Part shown: positions 22,604 to 34,330 of the stretch, in pieces
Layout: each line of letters opens with the position of its first letter
How positions within the stretch are numbered: the first letter of the stretch is position 1
Source: Mobula hypostoma
Taxonomy: Eukaryota
Length of the DNA stretch: 64,000 nucleotides
Assembly (NCBI RefSeq): GCF_963921235.1
Contig: NC_086108.1
Coordinates: 40,178,001 to 40,242,000 of the forward strand
Direction: 5' to 3'
Program-made: the position numbers and the translations under genes
The notes under the pieces: generated by a model
Told to the model about the DNA's origin: nothing
The model's input: the letters and a program-made list of their open reading frames with translations, nothing else
Database searches by the model: none

Positions 22604-23190
22604 AGTTGGCATCCATCTATCTCGAAGGACAATGCGTGATGGTGGTTATCATCACAAGCCTGGGCAGAAGGTATGGAGATCCTGAGATGCCCAGTCGTCA
22701 AGACGCCCTCTCGGCCTTACCCATGCAGTCCAAAAGGAAGCTTGTGAAGCAATACGTTTGGCACCAGCTTGGCTGCAGGAACTGCAGGAAGGATGTTCGG
22801 TGACACCCAGCCACCTTAGGGGCTTCGCTCCGGATTTGCTTTCTGGATTTACTTTGTCTCTCCTGGGGCTGCCCACAAAGCAACGGGGCTATTCATCCAT
22901 ATTTGGGGATGTGGTTCATGAGCACAAGGGTGTATCCACATACCCTTGCTACGTGTGCAGGGGCCGGACCTCCTCTCCAATCACTGTAGTTCAGCTTGAG
23001 TCCGAAAGGAGTTTAGTTTCTGTGTGTCACCAGCGAGGAGGCATTACATGAAACTTGCTGTTGGAGAGGCTATGTACTGCCAGGGAGACTTACATAGTCA
23101 GGTCTCCTTTTTGCAGAACTGCCAACCAGCAGTCGAAGCAGAATGTGAGAGCGACAAGCACTACCACACTAGATGCATCACAACAACCAT
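22604..23190 (-). mobile_element. RTE-derived non-autonomous element (5'UTR joined to 3' tail) with HDV-like ribozyme remnant
   Basis: Minus 3' end cattgtccttcgagatagatggatgccaac resembles RTE tails; GC-richer than flanks; ribozyme-like core at 22981-23051. Confidence 0.55.
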
Positions 23191-23834
23191 TTTGACACCC
23201 ACCCAGAGAATACTTCTGATAAACAGAAGAGCATGCATAGAATCAAGATCTTACTGCCCTGTCTCTGTGCTTTTAATTTTTTGTTATTATGGCTCAACAA
23301 AACAGCAAACCATTCCCTTAACTATGCTATATAACATTTGAGATGTGACTCATCCAATAGCAATTCTTATGAACAAATTCATTTATATTTAACATTTAAT
23401 GATGTCTGCAGTGCTTAAGGAAACTAGTCAGTAAATTACCTTTAAAGCTTTATCACAATATCACAGGAGATATAAAAGTGATTTAATGCACAGCAAGGTC
23501 CCACAGAAAGTAATTTGTAAATGACCTTATAATCAGCTTACTCTGGACAGTCTGCTTGAGAACCTACTCATCAATAGGAGCCAATATGATCAAAGGTCCA
23601 AGGTGAATCTTCTATTATTTAGCTCATGATCATGAAGTAAACCTGATGAAAACTTCATATATTAAACTTGTTTCTCTATTTATACCTTTCAGGATTATTA
23701 CTGAGGAACAGTTTAATCAGCACCTCAAGGTTTGTGGAATCAAATGAAGCAGTGGTGATGCAAATTCAAAAGAAAGCACAAGGAATCCTGAATGATCTTC
23801 TATGACAGATCTGGAAACCACGAGAAGGTAGAAA

Positions 23835-24104
23835 TTATTGTCTTTCATGCTGATTGAGTGGATTCCACACGTATAAAATCCTAGAAAGACCAAAGAGACT
23901 GCTGAGGGGAGGTTTGATAGTATATGAATTGTGGAGGGGGTTTGGATTATTAGAAGCTGTTCCTATTGCTAAAGTGATCAAGATGTAGAGGTTGCAAGTA
24001 TAAAAAGAAAAAGAATTAAAAGTCACACAAAGAAAAACATTTTTTATGCAGGGTGTGGTTGAAATCGGGAATGCAGGTTTCACAGTGGCTTTCAAGCAGG
24101 AATT
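23835..24104 (+). mobile_element. Old CR1 3' remnant (continues near 24950-25060)
   Basis: gagactgctgagggga..ttgatag and ttttttatgcagggtgtggttgaaatc.ggaatgc motifs. Confidence 0.5.
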
Positions 24105-24930
24105 GATTCAAGATTCAAAATTTATATATCACATGCACATCAAAACATACAGTGAAATGCATCGTTTATGTTAGCAACCAACACACCCCAGGGTATGCTG
24201 GGGGCTGCCCATAAATGTTGCCACACCTTCTGGCGCCAAGGTAGCATGCCCACAATACTTTGCAGAGCAACACAGAACACAGCAAGTAACCAAACAACAA
24301 CAGTAAAACAAGCCGTGTTCCTCCCTCCCCACCATACACAGTCCTCTAACCCTAAATCTTCACCTTCAAGCCTCTAGCAGACTCAGATTTGGGCTTGAAC
24401 ACACAGAAATTGGGCCTTCAATGACCCTGGCGGACTCACAGACCTGGGGCTCAGCCTAGTTGTCCTTAATTTCTAGACTTCTGATTTGACCTTGGGCCTC
24501 AATCCTTGGCATTGACCCCAGGACCGGCTAATCCTGAACACTAGACCTCAAAATCCAAACTTCCTGATGGCGGATCCCAAACAGTACAACTCCAGTCTCA
24601 ATGATTTGTGAAACCAGGTTGATTTATCCTACTCTCACAGAACTCTTGACTCTGGAACCTGCTGATCCTGGAGTTGCTCACCAACTGGTCAGCCGGTTTG
24701 GCATCCAGCTGGGCATCCCAGCTTGGCCTGTGGCTGTCCCGCATATGGTCTTCAAAAGCAGAATAGAGACTTATGACTCCAGCCTGTCCCCCACATACCT
24801 GTCCCTAAACCCTAACCTGACCCCTACCTCCTCCCATCCCTGTCCCCAAAAACATCCCGACAAACCCAAAAAAAACTTAAAACACCAACTAAAGCTGAGC
24901 CACAACCTCAATAGAATTTGCAGTTTGCAC
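24105..24930 (-). mobile_element. SINE-like non-autonomous retroposon inserted in CR1 remnant
   Basis: Tail (ttgaat)-type repeat at the left end; homology to 17695-17940. Confidence 0.5.
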
Positions 24931-25211
24931 AATCTTGAAAATAATTGGAAAAATTTAGATACATTTAAAAAATAGGCAACAGAGAAAAGGCCAAATAGTG
25001 AGTTGTTCTGGTAGATACCAATGCGGACATGAGGAGCTGATAGCCTCTTCAAGTTCTTTAAAATTTTGTGGTTCTATCATGATAGTTTTTGGAAGAATGG
25101 TAATTGTGATAATAATCTCCTATTCCTTTCCCCCAGCTCTGCAAATTTTACCCTCACAAGTATTCTTTGGCTTTGGTTATTATCGAATTTTCTTTCTGTG
25201 CCCTTTCAAAT

Positions 25212-25463
25212 GACCCGGCTGGTGGCGTAATGGCATCAGCATCGGACTTTGGGATGAAAGGTCCGGAGTTTGAATCCAGCCGGCTCCCCTGCATGCTTTC
25301 CATCCGTGCTGGGTTACGAGCTGGTGATCTCTTTGGAAACTCACCCGGCAGAAGGCAATGTACTTGCCTCATACGCGGTTCCCCATTACGTCAGAGAGGT
25401 GCAGAGGGAAATCGTCCACTAACACGGAGAAACTCCGGATGCGACATCCCATTCCTTTTCCAT
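25212..25463 (+). mobile_element. tRNA-derived SINE, type 1 body
   Basis: A box tggcgtaatgg, B box gagtttgaatcc; TSD CCTTTCAAAT at 25202-25211 and 25464-25473. Confidence 0.85.
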
Positions 25464-26794
25464 CCTTTCAAATAGGCAATCCGGAAAAGAACATAAAGAT
25501 TGAAAATGATATTCTCCCCAAATCACCTAAATATATGTCATTTGTTTACCATCCCATCAGACCCATAATTACTTCACTTTACCTGATTTTGAATGACTCT
25601 GTAATGTTATCAGAATGCAATGGATTACACAAAGATATATCCAAGAAATGTAGCAACTTATTTTCATGAACTTATCATTTTCAATGCTTTATGATCTTGA
25701 TAAAATTTCCTTCAACCTTTACAATTCCAAATTCCCTAGTCCCTTCAAGTTGACAAATTCTCTATCCTTTGGAATAATTCTGGTTAATCCTTTATACTCC
25801 CTTTAAACTTGACATTTTTCTTTGTGTTAATGCCCGGAAATGCATGCAATAAGTCGATCCAAGCTAGTTTCAGTCACCCCAAGGTACACAGACCTATTGA
25901 AGCCGTGCTTCATGATGGATGGGGAGTCTGTCTCTCTCACCCAAAAGGTCCAGACATTATAAGCACTGATTATATCATTTTAACTATTTCTTAGTGCTTA
26001 ATCAGTTTTAGTTAATTTCCTTCTAAATTTTAAATGTGTTTAGTAATTACTTTTTTTATTATTTAACAAACTCAGTATTTTTAAAATTTCTCTGAATATC
26101 AGATATTTTTTAAAAATTGCAAACAAGAATGTCTCCCAGCTTTGACAGGCAGTGAGGCACTAACCCCAGTCCTGCATTTTGCCAGCATTGTCATGGTGAT
26201 CTGGGGTGAAGTCCTGGTAATATGCCAACTGAGGCTCTACTTTGCCTCACTGGAGTCCATGTGGTGAAGGTATCAGCTCAATCTACCCTCTGCACCTGAT
26301 TCCTGTCAGTGCGGGTGAATGGACATTGTATGTGTTCAGTCTTTGTGGTATGGTGGGCCTGATCTAGTTTGATATGATTTGCTAATCTGCACAAATTAAG
26401 CAGCCCCATCAGCTCAGTAAGGTTACTCTGTAAATAGATGAGCTGTAAACCAGGGAGGGATTCGGTTTTAGTGGCAGTTAGTTCAGCTCAGTAGTAGCAG
26501 GAAATGAAACATCAGTGGTTCAAAGTCAAAGTCAAGTTTGTTGTCATATGTACAAGCATTTGTATGCACAAGTGCAATGAAAAGCTTACTTGCAGCAGCA
26601 TCTGTTCCGTTCTGTTCAATGGGAGATGGGTTGTCTCCTGGGCTATGGACAGGACACATCAAACGCTGTGTTTATGTTCTGAAGGTCTGCAAACCAATAT
26701 TGTTCCTCGGCAGTCTAGCTACAAATGGACCTCTTGCTGCTGTTCTAGATCCACGATCTGAACAGAGTGTGCAGAGACAACAGAGATTTGTGTT

Positions 26795-27150
26795 TACAGT
26801 GGCACAGTGGTAGAGCTGATAGAGCTGCTGCCTCATAACTCCAACAATCCGGGCTCAATCCGGACCTCGGGCACTGTCTCTGTAGTGACTGCATTATTCT
26901 CTCTCTACCCAGTTGGGAAATTTTTTCTGGATGCTCTTGTTTCTTTACATGGCCCAAAGACATGCAGGTTAGCAGGTTAATTGCCTTACAATAAGATGCC
27001 CTGAGTGTATACTGTCGGTGAGTGGTAGAATCTGTGGGATTCTTAGAAATGTGAGGAAAATAAAATAGGATTGTTTTAAATATGTGTTTATTGGCCAGTG
27101 TTGCTTTGTTAGTTTGAGGGATTTGTTTCCAAGCCATATGACTCTAAATA
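26795..27150 (+). mobile_element. HE1/V-SINE-like tRNA-derived SINE
   Basis: ggcacagtggtag..gagctgctgcctca..tcaatcc.gacctc.gg head and cccaaagacatgcaggttag..ggttaattg core; homologous to 44630-44925 and 59623-59975. Confidence 0.7.
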
Positions 27151-27979
27151 TACCTCAGCATTTTTACTGACACTTAAAAAGGAACAGAAAACATTTGGAG
27201 GGAGGAATCATTACATCTGAAAACGCGTCTTTCTAACCTCTGCCCTGGTTGATTGTTACATTCCATTTCTTGCCACATTATTCACTGTGTAAGGCAGTAT
27301 TTCTTTGGAAAACAAGCCTCAAATTAGCTAATTTTAAATGTTTGTGGTTTTGGCAGTCATTTTGCCACCAACGTCAGCAACTATTTCTGATGCCTATGAA
27401 GTTGCCGAGTTCAGTCAACTGGATTGTTGACCCCTTGACATTGGGGGCTCACACACCTCATAAAAAATCTTATCTAGAAATAATTTTGCAACCATTAAAT
27501 ATGCAGTACTGACTTTTTGCTGCACCTCAGGCCAGGAAGCTAAAGCAATGTAAGTAAAGGTTTATGATTATGTTATAATTGGAAAATAGTCATGTACAAG
27601 TAGAATATTTTAGGAGGAAATTACCATGATGTTGGAATATTCTTGACCAACAAAAGAGTGAATATAAATTGTAGACGAGTTGCACTCAAAATTACAGGAT
27701 AGTTTACAAATTTTCCAGAATATGCAAGATCCTATTGGACCTGAAAAGTTAAGGAATAACTATCTGCTGTTCCAGAAGTAACATGGGTATGAGGAGTGCA
27801 ACGCACAATAAATCCATTACACCTCTTCCAAGCAAAACCCTACTGGTACTCATTAGCATGACTCTTCATGCTGGTTTTTCTGTTCATTGGCTGCATACCT
27901 CACTTAGTCAGTGTCCACTTAAAGGAAAGTCGTGCAGGAAGATCACGGGTGTTAATGAGGATCAGTGCTGGGACTTCTT

Positions 27980-28855
27980 TATTTGCAGATGAAACAAAAA
28001 TTGGTGGAGTTCTGATTAGTGAAGAAGGCTGTAAAAGGCTCAGCAGGATAGAGATGAATTGCAGATATGAGCAGAGAAATGGCAAATGTAGTTTGACATG
28101 TTGCATTTTGAGAGATTAAATAGAAGGAGACTGTACACAGTAAATAGCAAGAATCTTAAAAGCATTGATGTATAGAGGAGTCGTGGGGTCCATGAAAATG
28201 GACAACACTGGTAAATAGGACAGTAAAACAAGCATGTATTATGTTTGTCTTCATTGGTCAGTGCATTGAGTGTAAGAATCAGGAAGCCTCGTCGCAATTG
28301 TATTAGTCTGCATTTGGAGCATGGTGTTCAGTTCTTATCACCCCGTTGCAGGAAAGACATGAAGGCTTTGGAAAAGGGCAGAGAGGGTTCACTGGGATGC
28401 TGCCTGGATTAGAGGGTATATGCTATAATATAAGGATAGGTTGGCCAGACTTCAATCGTTTTCTCTGGAATGCCAGAGAACAAGGGGAGATCCAATAGAA
28501 GATTACAAAATCATGAGTGGCATAGATGGGGGCAATAGGCTGAGTCTCTGTCCCAGGGCAGGTATCTGAAATATTAGAGAATATAGCATTAAAGTGAGGG
28601 GTGGGGGAGTTTAAAGCTGATGGGTCGGGCAAGGTTTTTTTGTACAGGGAGCAAGGTGCAGAGAACACTCTGTCAGGGGTGGTAGTGGAAACATATGATA
28701 GTTGCATTTAAGAGGTATTCAGGTAGACACATGAACACGGAGGGAATAGAATGATATGGATTATGTGTAGGCCGATGGGATCCGTTTCATTTAACAATGT
28801 GGTCAGCAGAAAAATCTTTGGCCAAAAGGCCTGTTCTTCTTCTATGTTCTATGAA
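27980..28855 (+). mobile_element. Decayed CR1 3' portion
   Basis: FADETKIGG, gttcagttct..tcacccc, ggatgctgcctggattagaggg, ttctatgttctatg tail. Confidence 0.75.
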
Positions 28856-29001
28856 GATATGTATAGGCCAGTCTTAGCTTGCTATCTTATGTCAATCTTT
28901 GATGTTAGAATCTGGAACAAGTAGCATTTGTGGTGGAAAAGGGACAATGGATGTTTTGGGTCAAGACTTGGAATTAGGTCCAAAAGTGTCTGAGAGACTG
29001 A

Positions 29002-29216
29002 GTGTTTCTAGTCCAGATGCAGGGTCACAGCCAAGAAAGTCGATGTGTTTCTAGTCCAGATGCAGGGTCACAGCCAAGAAAGTCGATGTGTTTCTAGTCC
29101 AGATGCAGGGTCACAGCCAAGAAAGTCGATGTGTTTCTAGTCCAGATGCAGGATCACAGCCAAGAAAGTCGATGTGTTTCTCGTCCAGATGCAGGGTCAC
29201 AGCCAAGAAAGTCGAT
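29002..29216 (+). repeat. 43-bp tandem repeat x5 (degenerate hammerhead-like unit)
   Basis: Unit gtgtttctagtccagatgcagggtcacagccaagaaagtcgat at 29002, 29045, 29088, 29131 and 29174; near-identical copies. Confidence 0.95.
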
Positions 29217-29294
29217 GATCGCTTTGTCTCCACAGATGTTCCCTGACCTTCTCAGTTCCTCCAGTTATTTGTTCTTTTTTTTTGCAACAATCGT

Positions 29295-30183
29295 TTGATA
29301 TCTAAAAACTTAACAAACTTCTACAGATGTGTTGTAGAGAGTATATTGACTGGCTGTATCACAGCCTAGTATGGAAACACCAATTCCCTTGAATTGAAAA
29401 ATCCTACAAAAAGTGGTGGATACGATCCAGTCCATCACAGGTAAAGCCCTCTCCACCTGTCATCACATCTACATGAAATACTGTCACAGGAAAATGGCAT
29501 CCATCCTCCAGGACCCTCACTGCCCAGGACATGCTGTCTTCTCACTGCTGCCATTAGGAAGAAGGTACAGGAGTCTCAGGACACACACTACCAGTTTCAG
29601 GAACAGTTCCTACACCTCTTATACCAAAGGAGATAACTTCACTGAACTTCACTTGCCCCATCATTGAAATGTTCCCATAACAATGGCTCACTTTTAAGGA
29701 CTCTTCATCTCATATTCTCAATATTTATTGCTTATTTATTTATTATTAGCTGGCTGCTGGTGTAGTGGCATCAGCGCCGGACTTCGGAGCGAAGGCTTCC
29801 AAGTTCGAATCCAGCCGGCTCCCCTGCACGCTTTCCATCCGTGCTGGGTTGAGCGTCGAGCTAGCAACTCAGCCTCATAAAAATAAGAAAGCCTGCTAAA
29901 AAAACGCCGTCATGACGGCGTCCCGATGACTCCACTCGGAGTTAAGGGCTTTCTTCTTCTTATTTATTATTATTATTATTACAAAGATTTGTATTATTTG
30001 TATCTGCACAGTTTGTTATATTCTGCACTTTGGTTGAACACCCAAGTTGGGTGGTCTTTCACTGATTCTGTTATAGTTATTATTCTATATATTTATTAAA
30101 TATGCCCAAAAGAAAATGAACCTAAGGGTTGTATATAGTGACATATATGCATTTAGATAATAACTTTACTTTGAATTTTGAAT
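29295..30183 (+). mobile_element. Rex1/Babar LINE 3' fragment, interrupted by a SINE
   Basis: aacttctacagatgtg..gagagtatattgactgg...; QSITGKAL..HIY..CHRK.ASI..DP; tail to tttactttgaattttgaa. Confidence 0.8.
29748..29960 (+). mobile_element. tRNA(Arg-TCG-like)-derived SINE, type 2 body
   Basis: A/B boxes (tggtgtagtgg, gttcgaatcc), gacttcgga anticodon arm, (ttc)n tail, inserted in a duplicated ttatttattatt tract. Confidence 0.8.
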
Positions 30184-31689
30184 CCACCTGCTGCACATTC
30201 ACCATCCAGGACTGAATGGCAGAAACATGAAGAATAGGGATCACCACCAACAAAGAAGATCGGTCACAGGACCAGCTGTTGTCCCTCATGCCACATTATC
30301 AGCGAGCCATGTTCCAGCCAAGATAAGGTCTGTTTATGGCCAATATCTACTGCTGGGAAGTTTGCAATGTTACATAATTGTAGCTGTGTCAAATAACAAA
30401 CAAAACTCCAGCTTTTTGATGATTTCCCACTGAGTTAGTGGTGGACTATAGCAAGTGTGACCAAAAGTCTTCTGATTGACTATGAAATATGACACTGTAC
30501 GAAGAAGACTGAACTCCATGTCTTTGGGACATTAAAGTGAATGCATTGGTGCAGAGATACAGTCATTGAATACAGAAGCATATCCTGTGGCCCGTCACAT
30601 CTATACCAGCCACCAAGTACCTATATATACAAATCCTATTTATCAACACTTGTTCCATAATGTTACTGCGCCAAAGTGATTCATGTCCTCGTCCAGATGC
30701 TACTTAAGTATTGAGAGTACCTAGTTCTACTATTTTCTCCGTAAGTGTCATCCAGATTTGAACAACCAGGAAAATAATCTTCCTGGGGTGGAAAGATGAG
30801 AAAGAGAAGGAATGTGATTCACAGGTCATTAAGAGGCCCTCCAGAGAAAAGCATTCGGAGCTTACAGCGTTATCCGTTAGAAGTCAAGTTGCAGCACTTG
30901 AATACGTTCTACAAATGGTCTACTGACCTCAGAAGACAACTAGCCTCAGGGACTAATGAAGCAACGCCAATCACACACCTCCCAGCAATCTCCATCCATC
31001 AGAACTCACAACTAATATCCATGGTTTTGCCTCAACACAGTGGCAAGGCTTATGCTCAGATCCAAACATCAGCTTTCCGACCACAACAGATACATCACTC
31101 CCAAACACTTGCTGACATGGCTCTTTCTCTCTAGTAGGACAAGGGGACATGTCAGGGATGAGTGCAGTCAAATAATATCACCCCAGGTAATGATGGCATT
31201 TTACATAAATGAACCAGCCATGATTATAAAGGGTGGCTCATTGATATCTAATTAGCTTATTTTCTTATTTTCAAGCTTATTTTCTCCTTAACCCCATAGA
31301 GTACAAACCCTACTCTCGGCATAACTGTATTCATGATCCCATTCCACTGGTGCTATTTTTGTTACCTGTTAGTCAACCATCCTGGAGCCATCCATGCCCC
31401 AAGGTGCTGCTGTTTTAATCTGGACTAACTGTACAACTGCATGTGGCTGCCTTCTTTGAATGCAGTCTCCAGTGTGAAGGCTTAGCAGTGGGATGCACAA
31501 GGTGGTTAGCTGGACGAGATGCCACAAGTTGATAAACTTCTAATGAATGTTACTACAACGTCATATCCCAGAGGTATAACCCTCACTACAAAGAGAAGTA
31601 CACCACAGGTTAGGTTGTGAACGGGGAGTTGGTAGGTCAGGTAAATCAAGTAATTTTGTGAGGAAGGGAGATATACAAATTGCTCTTGT

Positions 31690-32640
31690 TCTTCCTCATC
31701 ATCCTCCTATTCCACTCTTTCCCCTCATCTTCTGGAGATTCTCACTGCACAACTGATCACCAGTCCTTTGCTTCCATTATGGAGCACTCGTACACTTCCA
31801 AATCCAAAACAAAATCTAAGTCAACGTTGTGCACTTGGCAATTGATCACCATGGATCTCGAGAGGTGGTCTGTGGAATGCTATTTTTCCGAGTTCAGTCC
31901 TGGTGCCCTCTGTAAGGAGTCTCTGTACGTCCTTCCCATGGAATGTGTGAGTTTTCCTCAGGTGCTCTGGTTTCCTTCATCAGTACTAAATGTACAGGGT
32001 AGGTCAATTGTTCATTGTAAACTGTCCAATGATTGGGACAGGTTTAAACAGGGCTATCAGGAGTTGCTGGGTGGCATGGCACAAAGAGACAGAAGGGCCA
32101 ATTTTGTGCTGTATTTCTCAATAAATAATTAAAATAATCATGAGTATATCAAGGGAAGGAAGAGCCTTCTGGTTGTCTGGCATCTCCGAGGTGACCTGTG
32201 AAAGCTGCAGTCAGTGACACACTGCTTCACAGAGAGGCTTGTATTCCTCTCAGATCAATGGGCCCCTACTGGCTCCAACTCTCTGACGAAAGAGGATGAA
32301 GTGCAGTAGTCTCCCTTTTAAAGAAAGTCTCCATAGTTATTCACATACAAAAGTGGGCAGTTCCCTGTAAAATACAACTACAATGAAACTTGCACATAAA
32401 ATTTCATTGTCAAGGTCATCTTGGGAGCCACTAGATTGTCCTACTCCAGAGTCCATATCCAAGCCTGAATTTCTTTGTGGCTGGAGTGGGTGGCAAATTT
32501 CATTGAGGATATTCTTACTGAAATCATAAAATGTCATTGATTGATCCTTGCAGAGTCTTGGGCAAGAGCATTTTGGGTGAAGCATGATGGCCTCCTTCTC
32601 TTCTCCCTCTTTTTCTATCACTTTGTTGTGCCCTGTGTTT
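31690..32640 (-). pseudogene. Possible fossil PIF/Harbinger transposase
   Basis: PRLCKDQSMTFYDFSK..ILNEICHPLQPQ, VINCQVHNV and an acidic tail resemble HARBI1-like N- and C-terminal motifs; weak. Interrupted by a SINE fragment at about 31890-32135. Confidence 0.3.
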
Positions 32641-33174
32641 GCACTGTTCACTATTCCAAAGAGAATGCCTGTTAATGCATCCATATACCAGAACAGTTGG
32701 ACAGTGGAGAAGTCTGAAGTCCTCCAGCAGTTGGTATACCACACTCACAGCACTTAACCAACCTAAAGCAAAATCTCAAGAGATTACCAAGCTCTTGTAG
32801 AATTGTAACAACAAACCAGTAGAGATCAGTCAGTAATTAACCTTAAAATAATTGATGGTCCCTTTGATTGACGTTGCAGCTCAGCTATCCCATTGGCAGA
32901 TGCACTTTAACCAGTACAACTCACACCAGACGTATGTGCAAACTCATCTAAAGTAATACTGGTTCCAACATGGATTGCATTTCATACAAACACCGCTTAC
33001 TATTGAGTTGAATTTCTTGAACAATTATCTCCATCATTTTAAAGGAAAATGACTCAAGTATTTATCCAGCTGAAGGAAAATTCTTCAGTAGAATACAAAT
33101 CTTTGGGGCAAAAAAAGGGAAATAAAAGAGTATACAGTAAGTGTTTGGGGAGGATGGGGGAGGATGGGGTGGGA

Positions 33175-33635
33175 ATGAGGTTCCAAGATTTACCTGGATT
33201 CTGCCTGGATTAGAGGGCATGCCTTGTGAAGAAAGTCTCAGTGAGCTAGGGCTTTACTCTTTGGAGAGGAGGAGGAGGGTGAGACGTGACTTAATAAGGT
33301 GTACAAGATGGTAAGAGGCATAGATCAAGTGGACAGCAAGAAACTTTCTCCCAGGGCAGAAATGGCTAAAACAAGACAACACAATTTAAAGCGTTGGGAA
33401 GAAAGTATAGGTGGTGTGGATGTCAGAGAGGGGTAGGTGCATGGAGCATCCTGCCAGGTGTGGTGGTAGAGGCAGATACATTAGGGACATTTAAGAGACT
33501 CTTTGATAGGCACATGGATGAAAGAAAAATGGAGGGTGATGTGGGAGAGAAGGCTTAGATTGATCTAGGAGTAGGTTAAAGGGTCAGCACAACATTGTGG
33601 GTTGAAGAGCCTGTACTGTGCTGCACTGTTCTACT
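33175..33635 (+). mobile_element. CR1 3' fragment
   Basis: ctgcctggattagagggcatg..gagctagggcttt..gacatttaagagactc..gataggcacatggatg; tail gcctgtactgtgctg. Confidence 0.8.
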
Positions 33636-34067
33636 AAGATTGTGTGGAGGTAAAATGAAATTCCATGCATTTTGGAACATGATAAGGAAGAGATATTTGA
33701 GAATCAGGAGATGGTTTTGCTGCAGCAGTGGCAAGAGATTCATCTCCTAACATCCATCAACTTTTTTGGTATCTAGAAGTTGCACATTGTGAGTGTGACA
33801 GAACAATGAATATCTGTATGAATATAGGACACTGCAGATGCTGGGATCTGGGGTATGAAAAGACAAGCTAAATAGAAAATGACAGTGGACAGAAAAAGTA
33901 AATGGGGATGGAGGGGTGGAGATAGTGACAGAAGCTGGGAGGTGATTGGTGAAATCTTTGTGTAGATTCCATAATCAGCCACAAAGGGTGGCAGATTATG
34001 GAATCAGAGAAGAAAAGAAGGTTTTGAATGGAACCAGATGGGGGGGGGGTGGAAATGCCAGATAAAA

Positions 34068-34330
34068 AGGAACAAAGTAAATTTTTTTTATCAAAGTACC
34101 ATATACAACTCTGAGATTTATTTTCTTATGGGCATTCACAGTAAATACAAGAAACAATGAAAGACTGCACCCAACTGGATGAACAAACAATCGATGTCCA
34201 AAAGACAACAAACTGAGCAAATACAAATAATAATAATAAATAAGTGATAAGTATCAAGAACATGAGGTGAAGAGCCCTTGAAAGTGAGTCTGTATATTGT
34301 GGGAACAGTTCAGTGATAGGGTGAGTGAGC
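34068..34330 (-). mobile_element. Rex1/Babar 3' tail
   Basis: Reverse complement of the tail seen at 17200-17490. Confidence 0.7.

Noticed and set aside
29002..29216. CRISPR array
   Set aside because: Units are contiguous and near-identical with no unique spacers; no cas genes; eukaryotic context.
29748..29822. Functional tRNA-Arg gene (also 25212-25285)
   Set aside because: Stems are imperfect and the sequence continues into a SINE body, tail and TSD.
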